Positions 27,675-41,048 of a stretch of DNA of 64,000 bases are shown here, in pieces. Location of the stretch: the NCBI GenBank assembly GCA_043228905.1, contig JBHGNT010000002.1, forward strand, positions 4,154,001 through 4,218,000. Reading direction: 5' to 3'. The notes under the pieces were generated by a model that had not been told where the DNA came from, did no database searches, and saw only the letters and a program-made list of their open reading frames with translations. This stretch comes from Azolla caroliniana (taxonomy: Eukaryota; Plantae; Polypodiophyta). Each line of letters opens with the position of its first letter. Position 1 is the stretch's first letter. The position numbers were made by a program, and so were the translations under genes.

Positions 27675-30600
27675 ATGGCCTTTGCCTACCCCCACTTTAA
27701 CGGCGAAACCGACGCCGCAACGCATATTCGCATGTTCCTGAATGTCTAGAATGCGAACCACATGGCGCAGAGCCTTTCGGAGGCGGCAACACACTAGTCG
27801 AAAATGACGGAGTTTGGGTTAACATTAGATGGGCGAGTAGCATTTTGGCATTCACAGATGGATTTACCAGCAATAACAACCTTTGATCAACTGCAGTTCG
27901 CGTTCTTGCGATTCTTCCATCAGAGGGTTCCACAACGCGAAATCCTCGGACAGTTTTATACGATTAAGCAACTGCCGACAGAGACGATAACGGACTTCAA
28001 CTTATGTTTCCAAAATTTATGACGGAAACTGGAACGGAGCCCCGCGGAAGACGAGGCTCGGGAAACATTTCTGGCAGCTTTACGCCAGCCCATCCGGGCA
28101 ACGCTCAACAACAATAGCGTGAAAGGGGAAACAACGGATATGGTAATTGAACGAGTGTTGCAGCTCAAGTTGGATGACGAGGAGGAAAGGTTTTCTATGT
28201 TGTCCTTACGACACGCGTTACCTCAGGATGAGGAACGCCAGTTTCGTCAAGCAATCCAGTGCACGATTTGCTTGAACTCAGGGCATTCCGCAGTGGACTG
28301 CAATATGCGAATGCACTGCCCAATCTGCCACTCGAAGGCTCACACAGTTGACCAATGCGAGTACAATATGTTAAACAAAGCCACTCCCGCAGTCCGCAAC
28401 ATGGATACACAACGTCAACCACACCGGACTGAACAAAGGAGGCAAGAAGACCGACCCAGGTATAAGGATCGCAACCCACGGGAGGACTGGTACCACCGGA
28501 ATTGCCGAAATCACAATGATTCCGAGGAGGACGAACCAGAGGACGAGGATTATCGTGGACATCCGAGTTACGCCAAAGGGGGTCGATGCTACGAGAATCA
28601 ATGGCCGACAAACAAACGGGGCGGCTTCAATGGTTATCGTGGTAAGCCAAGGCAATATCGGGATCACCGGCGTTACGACGAAAGCTCAGGGGATGAGCGG
28701 CACCAGGAACAACGACGTGACCAACAGCAGCCATCGCGTACGTTCCGACAAATGAGGCCGGATCGGGACGAGCAAGTAGCACCAGGGGAGCGGCACACAC
28801 CACCAGGAACCGAGAAGGGTGAATCAAGCATCCATTGTTTTATTTGTCAGCAACCCGGACATTATGACACGCAATGCCCAGTACACAAGGGAAAGGGGCC
28901 CGCTGTCAATACGATTACGGCGGAGGTGTAGCAAGTCACGACACGCCAGTAAACAAAAATAGCTGATTGAGCGGCGCAAGACGAGGTACGCTGACAAGCC
29001 CAAGCGTGGGTGGAAAAAGCAAACGCGAAAAATACGGAAAGTATGCGAAAGGAGTCCGCGAACACAATGGAGCGAGTAGAGGACGAAAGACCAGTCCCAG
29101 AACCCATTTGGTAGGCGTTAGCGGGCTGTGAGATAACGTTAACCATGGAGAAACTGCTGCAGCTAGTCCCACGCTTCTGCCAGACCATGGAAGAACGGGT
29201 GACAGGCATACCCAGGGTGAGTATCTCTACAAACCTTATAGACGTTAGCAGTGGACCGCCAGTAGTGGATCAACACAACCCGACTATTACATTAATATTA
29301 CACGGACAGAAAATTCCTGGATGTGTAATCGACGACGGCTCAAGCGTCAATGTAATTAGCGCGAAAACTTGCGAGCAGTTAGGCATTTCAGAATGGGAGG
29401 CTTGCCCATTCTGGCTCCGAATGGCAGATACCCGCTCAATGCGACCATTAGGGTTAATTCGCAAAATCGGCATTATCGTGGGTGGACACCGATTCGACAT
29501 CTCGGCGGTTGTCCTTGCCTTGGATGCCCCAGGGGCGTACCCAGTGCTTCTGGGCAGACCAAGGCTTCGGGCAGCAAATATTAAGTAGAGTTGGCAACAC
29601 AAGTGTATTAGTTTCTGACATGGACGCACCAATTTTCGCGTACCTACGGAAGGAAGCACACCACAACCGAAGGGTATAACACCATTATATGTAGAAGATA
29701 TAAATATGCTGGTTGGGGTGGAGGATGCAGAATTAGAGGCATACCTAGACGAGCACCCTCGGATTATTCCGCTGTTTGAAATAGATGTCATCGCAACCGC
29801 GACAGAATATGCCACGACCACTGTTCTCCACGACGAGCCTTACGAACCAAACCCAGAGTCCATATTGGAACTCAGCAGAGCACGGGTGACATTCGAAAGG
29901 GAAATGGAGATTTCATGACGAGTCACCGCTTCTGCCCTCGAAGAAGTAAATATGGGTACGGAATCGGAGCCTCGTTTCCTCTCCATCGCAAAGGAATTAA
30001 GGCCAGACCAGCGAAAAACGATGATCGTACTACTCACGGAATATAAGGATATGTTCGCTTGGGCTCACGAGGACATGAAGGGGTTAGATCCCAAGTTCTA
30101 TTAGCATAAGATCAATTTAGCAACCGACGCGAAACCCGTCCAGCAGCGCCGCTACCGCATGAACTCGAACTACGCGACCCGCATTAAAGAAGAAATTGAC
30201 AAGCTCCTGAAGGCGGGGTTCATACGACCAGTTAAACAAGCGACATGGTTAACCCCGATAGTGGTCGTTCCAAAGAAAAATGGCAAAATATGGGTATGCG
30301 TAGATTACCGAAAATTAAACGCTGTCACCATTGCGGACGCATTTCCCATACCCTTCACTGATAGCGTACTGGACGTTGTCGCAGGCCATGAGATGTACAA
30401 TTTTTTAGATGGCTTCAGTGGCTATAACCAGGTACGCATGCATCCCGAGGACCAAGAAAAGACGGCATTTGTCACGTACTAGGGAGTATATGTGGCAGTC
30501 GTCATGATGTTCGGACTAAAGACGACGCTGACAACATTTCAACGGACAATTATGGAGATCTTTGGGGAATACATTCCGGCGTTCATGCAAGGTTTTTTAG

Positions 30601-32749
30601 ACGACTTTGCGGTATATGGGAGAACAATAGACCATTTTGCGCACTTACAACTGTGCTTGGAACGTTGCCGCACCGCACGCTTAAGCCTGAACCCCGCGAA
30701 ATGTGCTTTTGGCGTGACCAACAGGACTCTCTTGGGCCATATAGTCAGCAAGGAGGGAATAGCGGTTGACCCGAAAAAAATCTCCGCGATTACGCAAGCC
30801 AACACTCCGACAAACGCCAAATCACTCAACCGGTTTTTGGGACAAATACGGTGGCATAGTCGGATGATACGGTATTTGGCGGACTTCACCACGCCGTTAC
30901 ACGCTGCCGTACATCGGACTCCTTTCCAATGGACTGCAACGGAGGATAAGGCCTACGAGGCACTTAAGATAATGCTCACACAGGCTCCCGTCGTATAACC
31001 ACCAGTTTGGACAAAGCCATTCCATGTGTTCGTCGACGCCTCAGACATAGCAATAGGAAGTGCACTAATGAGCTCACTGAACCAAGCTGGTACCGGCGAG
31101 TATACTACGCTAGTCGCAAATTATCAACAACAGAGCGTAACTACTCCACAACAGAGTGGGAGGCGCTAGGGATGATCTATAGCATCAATAAATTTCGGCA
31201 CTATTTATTAGGAAGGAAATTCACGTTCCATGTGGATCATTCGGCCCTACTGTATTTGGTGGAGAAACAAGCCCTGACAGGGAAATTGGCGCGGTGGATG
31301 CTGCTGCTCCAGGAATTCGATTTCGTAATCCAACACCGACCAGGGACGCAACATGCAGTGGCTGATTTTTTGAGCAGACTCGAGAATGGAGAAATAGTAC
31401 AGAAAGATGACGACGATTTTCTGGACGCCGATATCTTGCGGGTAGCGACACTAGCAGAAAGAACAGAATCGACCTTTCCGGACCGGTGGCTTATGGAAAT
31501 GACATTCTTTTTGACTACCGGACTGCCTTCACCACAATTACGCACGGACGAGAAGAAACGACTAGCCGTCCGAAGCCGTCACTTCTACCTCGTCGAAGGC
31601 GTTTTAAATCACAAAGGAAGTGACGACATTTGGTGACGTGGGGTATGACAGGATGAGAAGGAAGCAATTTTACGGGAGGCACACTGCAGCACGACAGGCG
31701 GCCATTACGCGGGCGATGTCACAGCCCGGAAAGTATGGCAGGCGGGCCTATGGTGGCTAACAACGCAGAAGGACGCATCCGCGTATTGTACAAAGTGTGA
31801 TTTGTGTCAACGGATGGGACAGCCCGAGGAGGGCGCAAGGATGCCACACCAGCCCGTATTACCGCTAGACCCCTTCTAAAAGTGGGGATTGGATTTTGTG
31901 GGGCCCTTCACACTGGCGGCAGCCCGTATGGGCAATAAATACATATTGGTAGCCACGGATTACTGCACAAAATGGGTAGAAGCAAAGGCACTACGTGAAA
32001 ATACGGCGGCCGTCACAGCCAGATTCCTTTACGAGCACATCTGGTGCCGGTTCGGCTGTCCGATTTAGCTTATCAGTGACTAGGGGAGCCACTTTCTCAA
32101 TATGGTTGTTCGAGAATTAACACATCATTACGCCGTAGTCCATAAGAAGAGTACGCCATATTATCCGCAGGCGAATGGATTAGCAGAATCCACCAACAAG
32201 ACGTTGCAGACCATTTTGAAGAAAATCGTCAATGAAAATAGAACAGACTGGGATACCAAACTATAGAGTGCGTTATGGGCGTACAGAACCAGCTACAAAA
32301 CAAGCATACAGTCAACACCGTTTCGACTAGCGTTTGGGCTGGAGGCTGTGATGCCGATCAAATTTCAGGTACCTAGTTTGCGAATTCAGGTACGAAACCG
32401 ACTATTAGAAGCCAAGCCGGAGGAGGTATGGCTCCACCAACTCCTTGAACTAGGGGAAAAACGCGTCCACAACATGGCTGTGTTGGAATAGGAACAACAA
32501 CGGCGCAAAGCATTTGTGGATCGACATCGGAACGCAAGGGAAAAGGAGTTCGCCGTGGGTCGAGTAGTGTTGGTTTTCCAAACTCGCATGGGCCATATGT
32601 CGGGGAAGTTACGATTCCGCTGGACTGGCCCATACTGGATAATTGGAGCGGAACAAGGCACGTTCCAACTAGGTACGCTGGCCGGGCAAGTAGTTCGGCA
32701 AAAGGTGAATGGGTTTCGGCTCAAACCTTACCTGGCCCTACGCCACTGA
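27675..32749 (+). pseudogene. Gypsy gag-pol (Gag zinc knuckles, protease, RT, RNase H, integrase) with many premature stops
   Basis: CTICLNSGHSAVDC and CFICQQPGHYDTQC knuckles; IDDGSSVNVI protease; VCVDYRKLN, FLDGFSGYNQV, FLDD (RT); VDASDIAIG, YYASRKL, FHVDH (RH); integrase ending WTGPY...VNGFRLKPY. No chromodomain and no extra archaeal-type RNase H seen. Confidence 0.92.
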
Positions 32750-34612
32750 ACTCATTCACTGCCGGACAGGACAGAGCCGAAGAACCCGCACCGTAAATGA
32801 GCGGCGGCCCCACTTGTACCATAATGTAAAAATAGGTTGTAGATAACCGTTATGAAAAAGAAGAAGAAGAAGAAGAAGAAGAAGGAGAAGATAGCGACTA
32901 TTAAAACGACTAAAGACATGCACAAACTCCTAGTTCAAGAACACGTGGCACCACGATGGCTCACCGCCCAATGAACCCTAAGCCACAAAAAGAAGGAAAT
33001 AGAAGATTTTCTGCACAAAACAGAAACTCATCTTCTAGCTATCAACGCTTCCATCGCTCCTCCCCCTCACCTTCTCCTCCATCCTATCACACAACTACAA
33101 CCCACCGCAACCACCAGTCTCCTTCCCACGAACCTCCTCTGGCGATGACGATCTTCATCTCTACTGCCTTACGCCGATGGCTCGTGGAGAAACGCTTCAA
33201 TGGGTACATCCGGGTCGCAGAAGCACCCCCACACCCGGATGCCATGGACGTTGCCAGGAAGCTTAACATCGACACGGTCACCAACTCCTCCATCCGGAAG
33301 AAGTTGGACCTGTCATCGCTAGGCGAAAGGCATTTCCACATCCCTCCTGCAGAGGCGCTGCAACGATATTTTGGGCCATATTCCTCGTCCACCAAGGCCT
33401 ATAGAACCAAGCAGATTCCGGATCCCTTCTTCCGTGAAGTTGCCAAGTTCCCGCTAGAAGTCGGCTGCGTACATGTGAACACATATGGGATGCCTAAGTA
33501 GAAGGTAGGCATTGTTATCGATACCTTTGAGGGGCGCGTGGTCGATTGGGGGGTCATCACAGGGCTGGCGTTAAGGGAAGGCTTGCATGCGTACCAGGCA
33601 CGCAAAAAGCTCAGGCCGATCATACAACAGTACCTTACGGTACTATTTCCACCCCGAGGCCTACCGGCACCGCAGCCTAGCCAACCCACGCCCCCGCCCC
33701 GATCCGCGAAGTGTAGGTTAGTGGAGTTATCGGCCCCAGAGTGGGAGAAGGAACCCCAAACCGCCCAGCCTGACCCAAGGACAACACCACCTACGGACCA
33801 ACCGGACACACGGTGTCGTAGTGTATTTCGTACACTACGTGAAAAAGTAAAAATAATATAACCGATTTAATTACATATAAATAAATAAAATAAGAATATC
33901 AAGATATTTATCACCAATAAATAAAATAAGAATATCAAGATATTTATCACGTGCATAGGGCAAGATTTGAACCTTGTACCTCCACGTAGCCAAATCTCAA
34001 CTTTACCATTATGCTACCTTATCTTTAGTGTTCTATAAATAGATTTAATAACTATAAGTGCTTTATTTGCGCCTACCTTTATTAAAAAGGTAAATCATGC
34101 ATTTTTAGAGTGCGTGAATATTTTATAGAAAAAACGCAAGCAACTAAAAAAGTGACTCATGCATATCTAGCGTGCATGAGCACTATATTTAGCAAATAAA
34201 AGCAAGGATTAGAAAAACATCACATGCACATTTAGTGTGCATGAACATATTAGAAAAAGCATGTAGCTATGCTTAGTCTCTCCCATCACTATATAAGGAT
34301 GGGGAGCACATTGTAGTTTTTGTTGATTATTTTTCTATAATGATCAATCAATCTAAAATATTCGTGGGATTCACGAATTTGCTAAAATAATTCTCTCTTA
34401 CTACCTAAATATTGACTAAATATACTAAACTCGTGGGATTCACGAGATTCTTATCTTATAACTCTTTATACCTATTCTTTACTAGTCTTATTTGTATTTT
34501 TCTTTCTCCTAGTCCAAAACCTCGGCGGTTCCCACCCGACTCACGCAACAATCCGGAGCCGAAAGGCACGACACAAGTTGGTGAACCCGACGTGAAGGCG
34601 GGTGGCAAGGAG

Positions 34613-36241
34613 ATGGAGAATCAACAAGAGGCGATGAACATGATGATGATGATGTTCGAGAGAATGCTACAAGAACAACGCGAGATGTCGGAGATCACGA
34701 CAGTAGTACAACGGCTCGTGCAACAGAACGGGCAATTCGATGGAAAGGACGTGTCACGCTATCTACGTGACTACAAAATGGAGATGTTGCGATATGGTAT
34801 CTCAGAAAGATTGCAAGTGTTATCTTTCAACCGGGTGGCTACGGATGAGCTTCAAGAGAGAATCCACGAGATACGGCAACAAAGCCCGATGTGGGAGTCC
34901 TTTGAAGAAGCTATACGAGACACATATGACTATCTAAGACCGAAGCGGACGAGGACATGGTCCACGAACGGCGGTCAACAGTGGGTGAAAAGCGGCCACC
35001 GACTACCACCGAAGGAGAGCTTGATGCGGAAGGGTTCGGAGATGCATGAAAAGTCGCAAGTCGACATTGAAGGGGAGCTTAAAACCGAACCAAAGTCGAG
35101 GCCAACAAAGGACGAGGAGGAGGAAGATCGAGGACAAAAGGGTATCCCCACACCGGTTCCAGAGACTTCGGCGGTTGTGCCCGTGCACCAACGTGAGACC
35201 GGAGAGACGGAATGTGTCGGCGGAAAAGTGGAGGACCGGAAGGGCAACGAGGAAGACAAAGTAAATGAGCACGAACGAAGGGATTCCTTCACCATTGTTT
35301 CGGAGACTTCGGTACTGGAGCCCGGGTGTCGACATAACACCGAAGATAAGGAAAGTGGCGGCAACGAAACGAAGGTCGAAGCCGATGCATACGAAGGAGA
35401 GATAGCCAAGGAGAACATGGCTATGGGTGAAACAACGGAAGATGATAATACCGAGGATTCCTACCCACTAATTCTAGAGACTTCGGCGGTTGTGTCCGAG
35501 AACCAACGTGAGACCGGAGAGACGGGAGGTGGCAACAAGGAAGGTAAAGTCGGAAGCCGGTTCGGATGGAAGATGATCCGTCTGAAATTCCGATGTAAAC
35601 AAAAGCATGACAACGCGAAGGTCGGGTCTACGATGGGAGAAGCATGTAATACGGAGCACGCACTACGGCACCAAAAGAAGCACGTGCTACGGCGTAAAGA
35701 GAAGCACACGCTACGGCGCAAAAAGAAGCACGCGCTACGGTGCAAAAATAAGCATGCACTACGGGGTAATACGACGCATGCACTACGATGGAATACGAAG
35801 CATGCGCTACGGCCTAATACGACGCATGCGCAACATCGAGAAATAAAGCATGCATTAAAGCCGCACAAGGACCTAACAGCGAGCGCGTATTCGGAGGTCG
35901 ACATCGACGCGTGGGTAGAACCTACGGAAGACAAGCGCGGAGTGGAGAGAGACAACACACCGAGATGCTCAAGAGTACCACAAGGGACCATGACAACCAC
36001 TCATGGCAATGCAAAGAATGAACAAAGAATATGGTGGATCGGATGGCGACAATGGTTCGGGTGGAAAGAATGGGTCTACTCAAAATGGAGAGACAAAGTT
36101 GACATAGCGGGACAAACGGAGGATGAAGGGGAGACAACGAGCATCGGCAACTTCGGCACATACCGGAGGATGTGCGGGTTCGGAGGGGGCGAGTGTCGTA
36201 GTGTATTTCGTACACTACGTGAAAAAGTAAAAATAATATAA
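34613..36241 (+). CDS. Gag-like N-terminus followed by acidic and basic low-complexity regions; open ORF running into the 3' LTR
   Basis: FDGKDVSRYLRDYKMEM...WESFEEAI gag-like segment, homologous to the minus-strand gag at ~53900-54120. No PR, RT or INT. Confidence 0.7.
   Translation: MENQQEAMNMMMMMFERMLQEQREMSEITTVVQRLVQQNGQFDGKDVSRYLRDYKMEMLRYGISERLQVLSFNRVATDELQERIHEIRQQSPMWESFEEAIRDTYDYLRPKRTRTWSTNGGQQWVKSGHRLPPKESLMRKGSEMHEKSQVDIEGELKTEPKSRPTKDEEEEDRGQKGIPTPVPETSAVVPVHQRETGETECVGGKVEDRKGNEEDKVNEHERRDSFTIVSETSVLEPGCRHNTEDKESGGNETKVEADAYEGEIAKENMAMGETTEDDNTEDSYPLILETSAVVSENQRETGETGGGNKEGKVGSRFGWKMIRLKFRCKQKHDNAKVGSTMGEACNTEHALRHQKKHVLRRKEKHTLRRKKKHALRCKNKHALRGNTTHALRWNTKHALRPNTTHAQHREIKHALKPHKDLTASAYSEVDIDAWVEPTEDKRGVERDNTPRCSRVPQGTMTTTHGNAKNEQRIWWIGWRQWFGWKEWVYSKWRDKVDIAGQTEDEGETTSIGNFGTYRRMCGFGGGECRSVFRTLREKVKII
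35652..35860 (+). repeat. 27-bp coding minisatellite (KHALRxxxx, about 7 copies)
   Basis: gaagcacgcgctacgg-like units every 27 nt. Confidence 0.85.
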
Positions 36242-39200
36242 ATGATTTAATTACATATAAATAAATAAAATAAGAATATCAAAATATTTATCACGTGCAT
36301 AGGGCAGGATTCGAACCTTGTACCTCCACGTAACCAAACCTCAACTTTACCATTACGCTACCTTATCTTTAGTGTTCTACAAATAGATTTAATAACTATA
36401 AGTGCTTTATTTGCACCTACCTTTATTAAAAGGTAAATCGTGCATTTTTAGAGTGTGTGAATATTTTATAGAAAAAACGCAAGCAACTAAAAAAGTGACT
36501 CATGCATATCTAGCGTGCATGAGCACTATATTTAGCAAATAAAAGCAAGGATTAGAAAAGCATCACATGCACATTTAGTGTGCATGAACATATTAGAAAA
36601 AGCATGTAGCTATGCTTAGTCTCTCCCATCACTATATAAGGATGGGGAGCACATTGTAGTTTTTGTTGATTATTTTTCTATAATGATCAATCAATCTAAA
36701 ATATTCGTGGGATTCATGAATTTGCTAAAATAATTCTCTCTTACTACCTAAATATTGACTAAATATACTAAACTCGTGGGATTCACGAGATTCTTATCTT
36801 ATAACTCTTTATACCTATTCTTTACTAGTCTTATTTGTATTTTTCTTTCTCCTAGTCCAAAACCTCGGCGGTTCCCACCCGACTCACGCAACAATCCGGA
36901 GCCGAAAGGCACGACAACGGACAATGGAGGAGGAACAGCCGGCACGTTCCATGGAGGCAACCCCAGAGCCAGACACCGAAACACGGCAGGATAGCCCTAG
37001 ACCGAAACGACGTAGATTGGATAGGAAAGATGGGCGGGGGTTGGTCAAAAACGTTTCCACGACGACAGAAACACCGACCGAAGGCGATGGCGCCGCAGCT
37101 ACGGAACCCAATACCACCTTCGAAATCATCCGGGAGCCACGACCGATCATTACGACCTAGTCCCAACGAGGGAAAGCTGTATTGAGGGCGGAAAGCGAGG
37201 TTTTGGCATATCTGGATATCCCGGATACGACCCATGAGTTCAACGCTCTCTTACAATTCGACACTTCTTTTGAGCTCATGGAGTTCCTGGCAACACAACA
37301 GGTAAAAGCCGCCCAACGAATGGCCGAAGAGCATGCGGAACGCCAAATGATTGAGCGCACCCTAACACAAACCACAGAGAGCGACGATGAGGACTGGTTA
37401 GCCGGGGCCGGCAGACAGAGGAACGCTGGGGTACGTCGAGTGGGGATGGAGATACCCCCATTAAACACGGCCCTAGTCGAAGTCCATCGGGAACTGGCAA
37501 AGGTTAGCACGGGCGCCAAGGAGATGGCCATAAAAAATAAGAATGTCTAGAAGAAGGTGAAACTGACCCAAGTCGAACTACAAAAAGCCAACGAACGCAT
37601 CGCGGAGTTGGAAGCTCATGCGGCTATGGCGCAACACGCAACTCCGCCACCAAACCAAGCCATCGACGCTTTAAAGGAAGAAATTGAGGCTCAGACCGCC
37701 ATCGCTTCAAAAGCGAAAAGGGCCGTGCAACTAGCGGAATCAGAAATTGACCGCCTTCGAGCAGAACTACGCCAATCCTCAGACAGAGAAAAGGAGATAC
37801 GGGCTAACGGCCGGAAGGCAGTAAAAACCCTGGAAGAGAAACTCGCTACGGAGGTAGCTCAGCACATCCGGACAAAAGACGACAACGCCTAATTACGGGA
37901 GGACGTGAAGAAATCGGAGACGGCAATCGCGGGACTCTAGGCCTTATTAGAGAAAAAGAAGGTATAGTTCGACGAGCAATTGGTGGTCGAACAAGACAAA
38001 AGGCATCAACTCGAAATCCGCCTAAACAATGAAATGGGGAAATTAGAAGAACAACATGCAAAGGAATCCCAGCTGTGGGCGGGCCTGAAGGCCACGTATG
38101 AGGAAGCGGCGGCGGTTAAACAACAAGAAATCGCAAATCTCTAGAAGTCGATGGAAGACGCACGCAACCGTTGCCAGGCCATCACTGGTAATGTGCGTAT
38201 CCTTCTCCAAACAAATCGGGAGAGGTTCACAGCGCAATTGAAAACGGTGCTGGACAAAGGATGGATGGCGTGGGTAACCCAAGTAGCGGAATTGCACGCG
38301 TATTGTGCGGACTGGGAGAACCGGCGAAAAGACGGTCGAGGTTTCTATAAACTAAATGAGGAGAGCATTGCGGCCGTACGAGAGGACCTAGCGCAAGACT
38401 ATCGTGCGCTAGCGGACCAACACTCCGAAGAACTCACGCAACTCTTAGATGATTTTGGTGAAAGCTAGGAGGAGCTATTTCACCAGATCACACTGGCCAA
38501 CAACACGCGCACAAACGAGGAATCCAGCGCGGCGCCAATTCCGGGCACGACCGAAGAAGAGGAACCGCAAGCCAGATCACCAGAAATGACAACGATGGAG
38601 AACAGCGGGGACCGACGAGCGGAGTTCCCCACAGGACCAGACAACGAAACCATTGCACAAAAAGAGGTTCATCCGCACGAGCCCACGCTATCATCAGACC
38701 GCACGGAGAATGGTGCGGGCTAGGCGGAATCTCCGCCCCACTCCCCGGAACGTACAAAAACGGCCGACACCACGGAGGACGTAACAATGGAGGCAGAGTC
38801 GCAGCCGACTGCAAACACGACAACGGCGGAGCCCAACCCACTAGCTCAAGAAGAGCCCACCGTACCCGGACTGCCCACACACGACGACTGCGACTCCGGG
38901 AGAAACCAACCCGACCAAACAGGGGAGTCACACCACGATGCACCTACGGGCCCTACGTCACCTCTGGACGCGGACACTACAGCAGAGCCAAACATCCGGG
39001 CCATTTTGGAAGAGGATTAACGGGATGGGTCCGACGTGCCAGGGCACTGTCCCACAGGCGTGCCAGGTGTTGTCCACTGGATTAGTAACCGACGGACAAA
39101 AGCGTAGGAATAAGAAATAATATAAGATCATAACGCATGTAACGGTTCACGCTGGAAGCGTGAACGGCTAAATAGACCCTGCGTATATAAAGGGCAGAAA

Positions 39201-41048
39201 ACCTCTGATAGAGGTGCGTGTAATTTTGGGGAATGTAAGAAACGTCTCATAATAGAATTCTATCTTCTCTGATTCTCTATGTATAGCTACAGCTAATCCA
39301 CTGTGTGTATCTTGAAGACCTAAGCGTGTAAGAACGTAAGTGTAACCTTTGCTAAGGATTCGGTTGTAGATGTCTCCCTTATACGCTGATAGGTTATAGG
39401 GAACAATCCCCTACGCATGACGCTTAGATGCCATTCGTTGTTCCACACCCACTTGAAGGTCTAGGTCGAAGGACTGACCGCGGACCGTGTTCCTAATAGG
39501 CAACACTAGGATACTCAAGTGTGTGAACACCCCACCTCCTTGTATAGTAACTAGTGTGTCATAGAAGTTAATATCCTATGACACATATTCTTTAAGTAGT
39601 TAAGGCACGAACTCTTTCCCAAGAGGCAATACTAATGAGAGAACTTAGAGCGACCTCTTTCCCAAGAGGCAATACATAAGCACCTTCTCCTTCTCTTTGT
39701 AAGTAGTTGGTCATTCTTGTTTCCTTGTGATACAATTTTACGTTTTTTTTGTAATCTCTCTCTCTCTCTCTCTCTCGTTTCACTCTAGCCATCATTTTTT
39801 ACATTCTATAGCTCATTGGAAAGCTCTTTCAAAGAGCTTTCTAAAGAAGATTCATTTACTAAATTCCGTTACCGTGGCGAGAAGTTATGAGCATTTTCGT
39901 CGGCATCCATCTTTGCCCCACGACTCCTCAAATGCAAGGTAGATTTTGAAGCCCTAAATCAAGTAAAAGGTACATTCTCTCTCTCTCTTCTCATAGGGTT
40001 TGGTCCTAGACACACACTCGTAAGGCTGCCTCAAAGTTCGGGAGTATGATTGATAATGAACCGAAATCACCAACAAATGTTGATTCCACTGCAATAAACA
40101 CAATGGACAAAATGCTTATGAGTCACTTGATTTCTCTTCAAGAAACCATAAACAAGCAAGGTGAAGAGATTATGATTTAATGAAAGAGAATGCTAAGCTC
40201 CAAACTATTGCCATTGAGAATGAAATTCTTAAGAAAGTGGTTGCAAAACTTGAAGATGAGGTTCAAGAATGTAAAAGAGTTTCTTTTAAAACAAATGAGC
40301 GCCTTAATAAGATTGAGTTAAAGGAAGCATTAAAAGAAGAAAAAGTAGACGATGAGGCGGGATGTAAGTGAGATGAAAAATGTATGTACAAGGAAATCAT
40401 GGGCCAATGTATGTGGTGGGGATGGGGTATCAAACTCATCTAATATGCATATGATGCATCAAGAGAAGAATATAGAAAGCACAAATGCCCGAGAATTGAA
40501 AGAGCGTGAACGAAGATCAAAGAACATTGTTATCCGTGGGATTAAAGAGGAGAGTATGGAAACACCCGCTTCCCTTGGAAAGGCCATTGGTGAATTTTTT
40601 AGCATGCATTATGGGATGTCAGATGTGAATGTATATGGGGCACACCCAGTTGGGAAACATGGTGTTACTCGCTCCGGAGAAAGGCCCATTCTATGCACAA
40701 TGACGGATGATACAAAGCAGTAGATCATACTCGAAAATAGTTGGGTATACCTCAAAGGTACGCAATGCTTTGTGAGTGAAGATCTTACTATCTCACAACA
40801 AAATGCCCGTCGTAAAGTATATGAAGAAAGATTGAAAAATAAGGTTAAGGATGTGCTTAAAGATGGAAATGTAGGCAAATAGGGACACGTGACCTATGAG
40901 ACTAAACCACGTCTTTTACGACTATGTTTTTGGAATTGCAATGGATACCCATGGAATGCGGGATTCGGCATAGAGGAGTTCATCAATGACTCGGATATCA
41001 CACTTCTTGTTGAAACATAGGAGCATGATACTCAAAGGATTCAAGGTT

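Larger units (their letters stand above)
33814..36916 (+). mobile_element. Nested non-autonomous gag-only LTR retroelement, tRNA-Trp primed
   Basis: LTRs at 33814-34573 and 36194-36916 (TGTCGT...ACGACA). 4-bp TSD ACGG at 33810-33813 and 36917-36920. PBS TGGTGAACCCGACGTGAA at 34579-34596, complementary to the plant tRNA-Trp 3' end as I recall it. PPT ggagggggcgag at 36182-36193. Confidence 0.93.
32956..39020 (+). pseudogene. Extra sense ORF 3' of integrase (coiled-coil-rich), split by a nested LTR element
   Basis: Removing 33814-36920 rejoins ...PDTR|TMEEEQP... in frame. The downstream ORFs 37182-38468 are heptad-like and separated by single stops. Confidence 0.7.
26949..39505 (+). mobile_element. 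Full-length Ty3/Gypsy LTR retrotransposon (non-chromovirus, Athila-like, with a 3' extra ORF); coding region decayed
   Basis: 438-bp LTRs at 26949-27386 and 39068-39505 (TGTTG...CAACA). 5-bp TSD CTAGG at 26944-26948 and 39506-39510. PBS-like TGGCACGCCCGG at ~27391. Domain order gag-PR-RT-RH-INT. Confidence 0.95.

Noticed and set aside
36302-36360. Functional tRNA gene
   Set aside because: A and B boxes are present, but I could not fold a convincing cloverleaf, and it lies inside LTRs.
39506-39600. Continuation of the MTase paralog, or a Helitron end (gtgtcatag/ctatgacac hairpin), beyond the Gypsy
   Set aside because: Only weak similarity to exon 3, and no TIR or clear Helitron terminus found.
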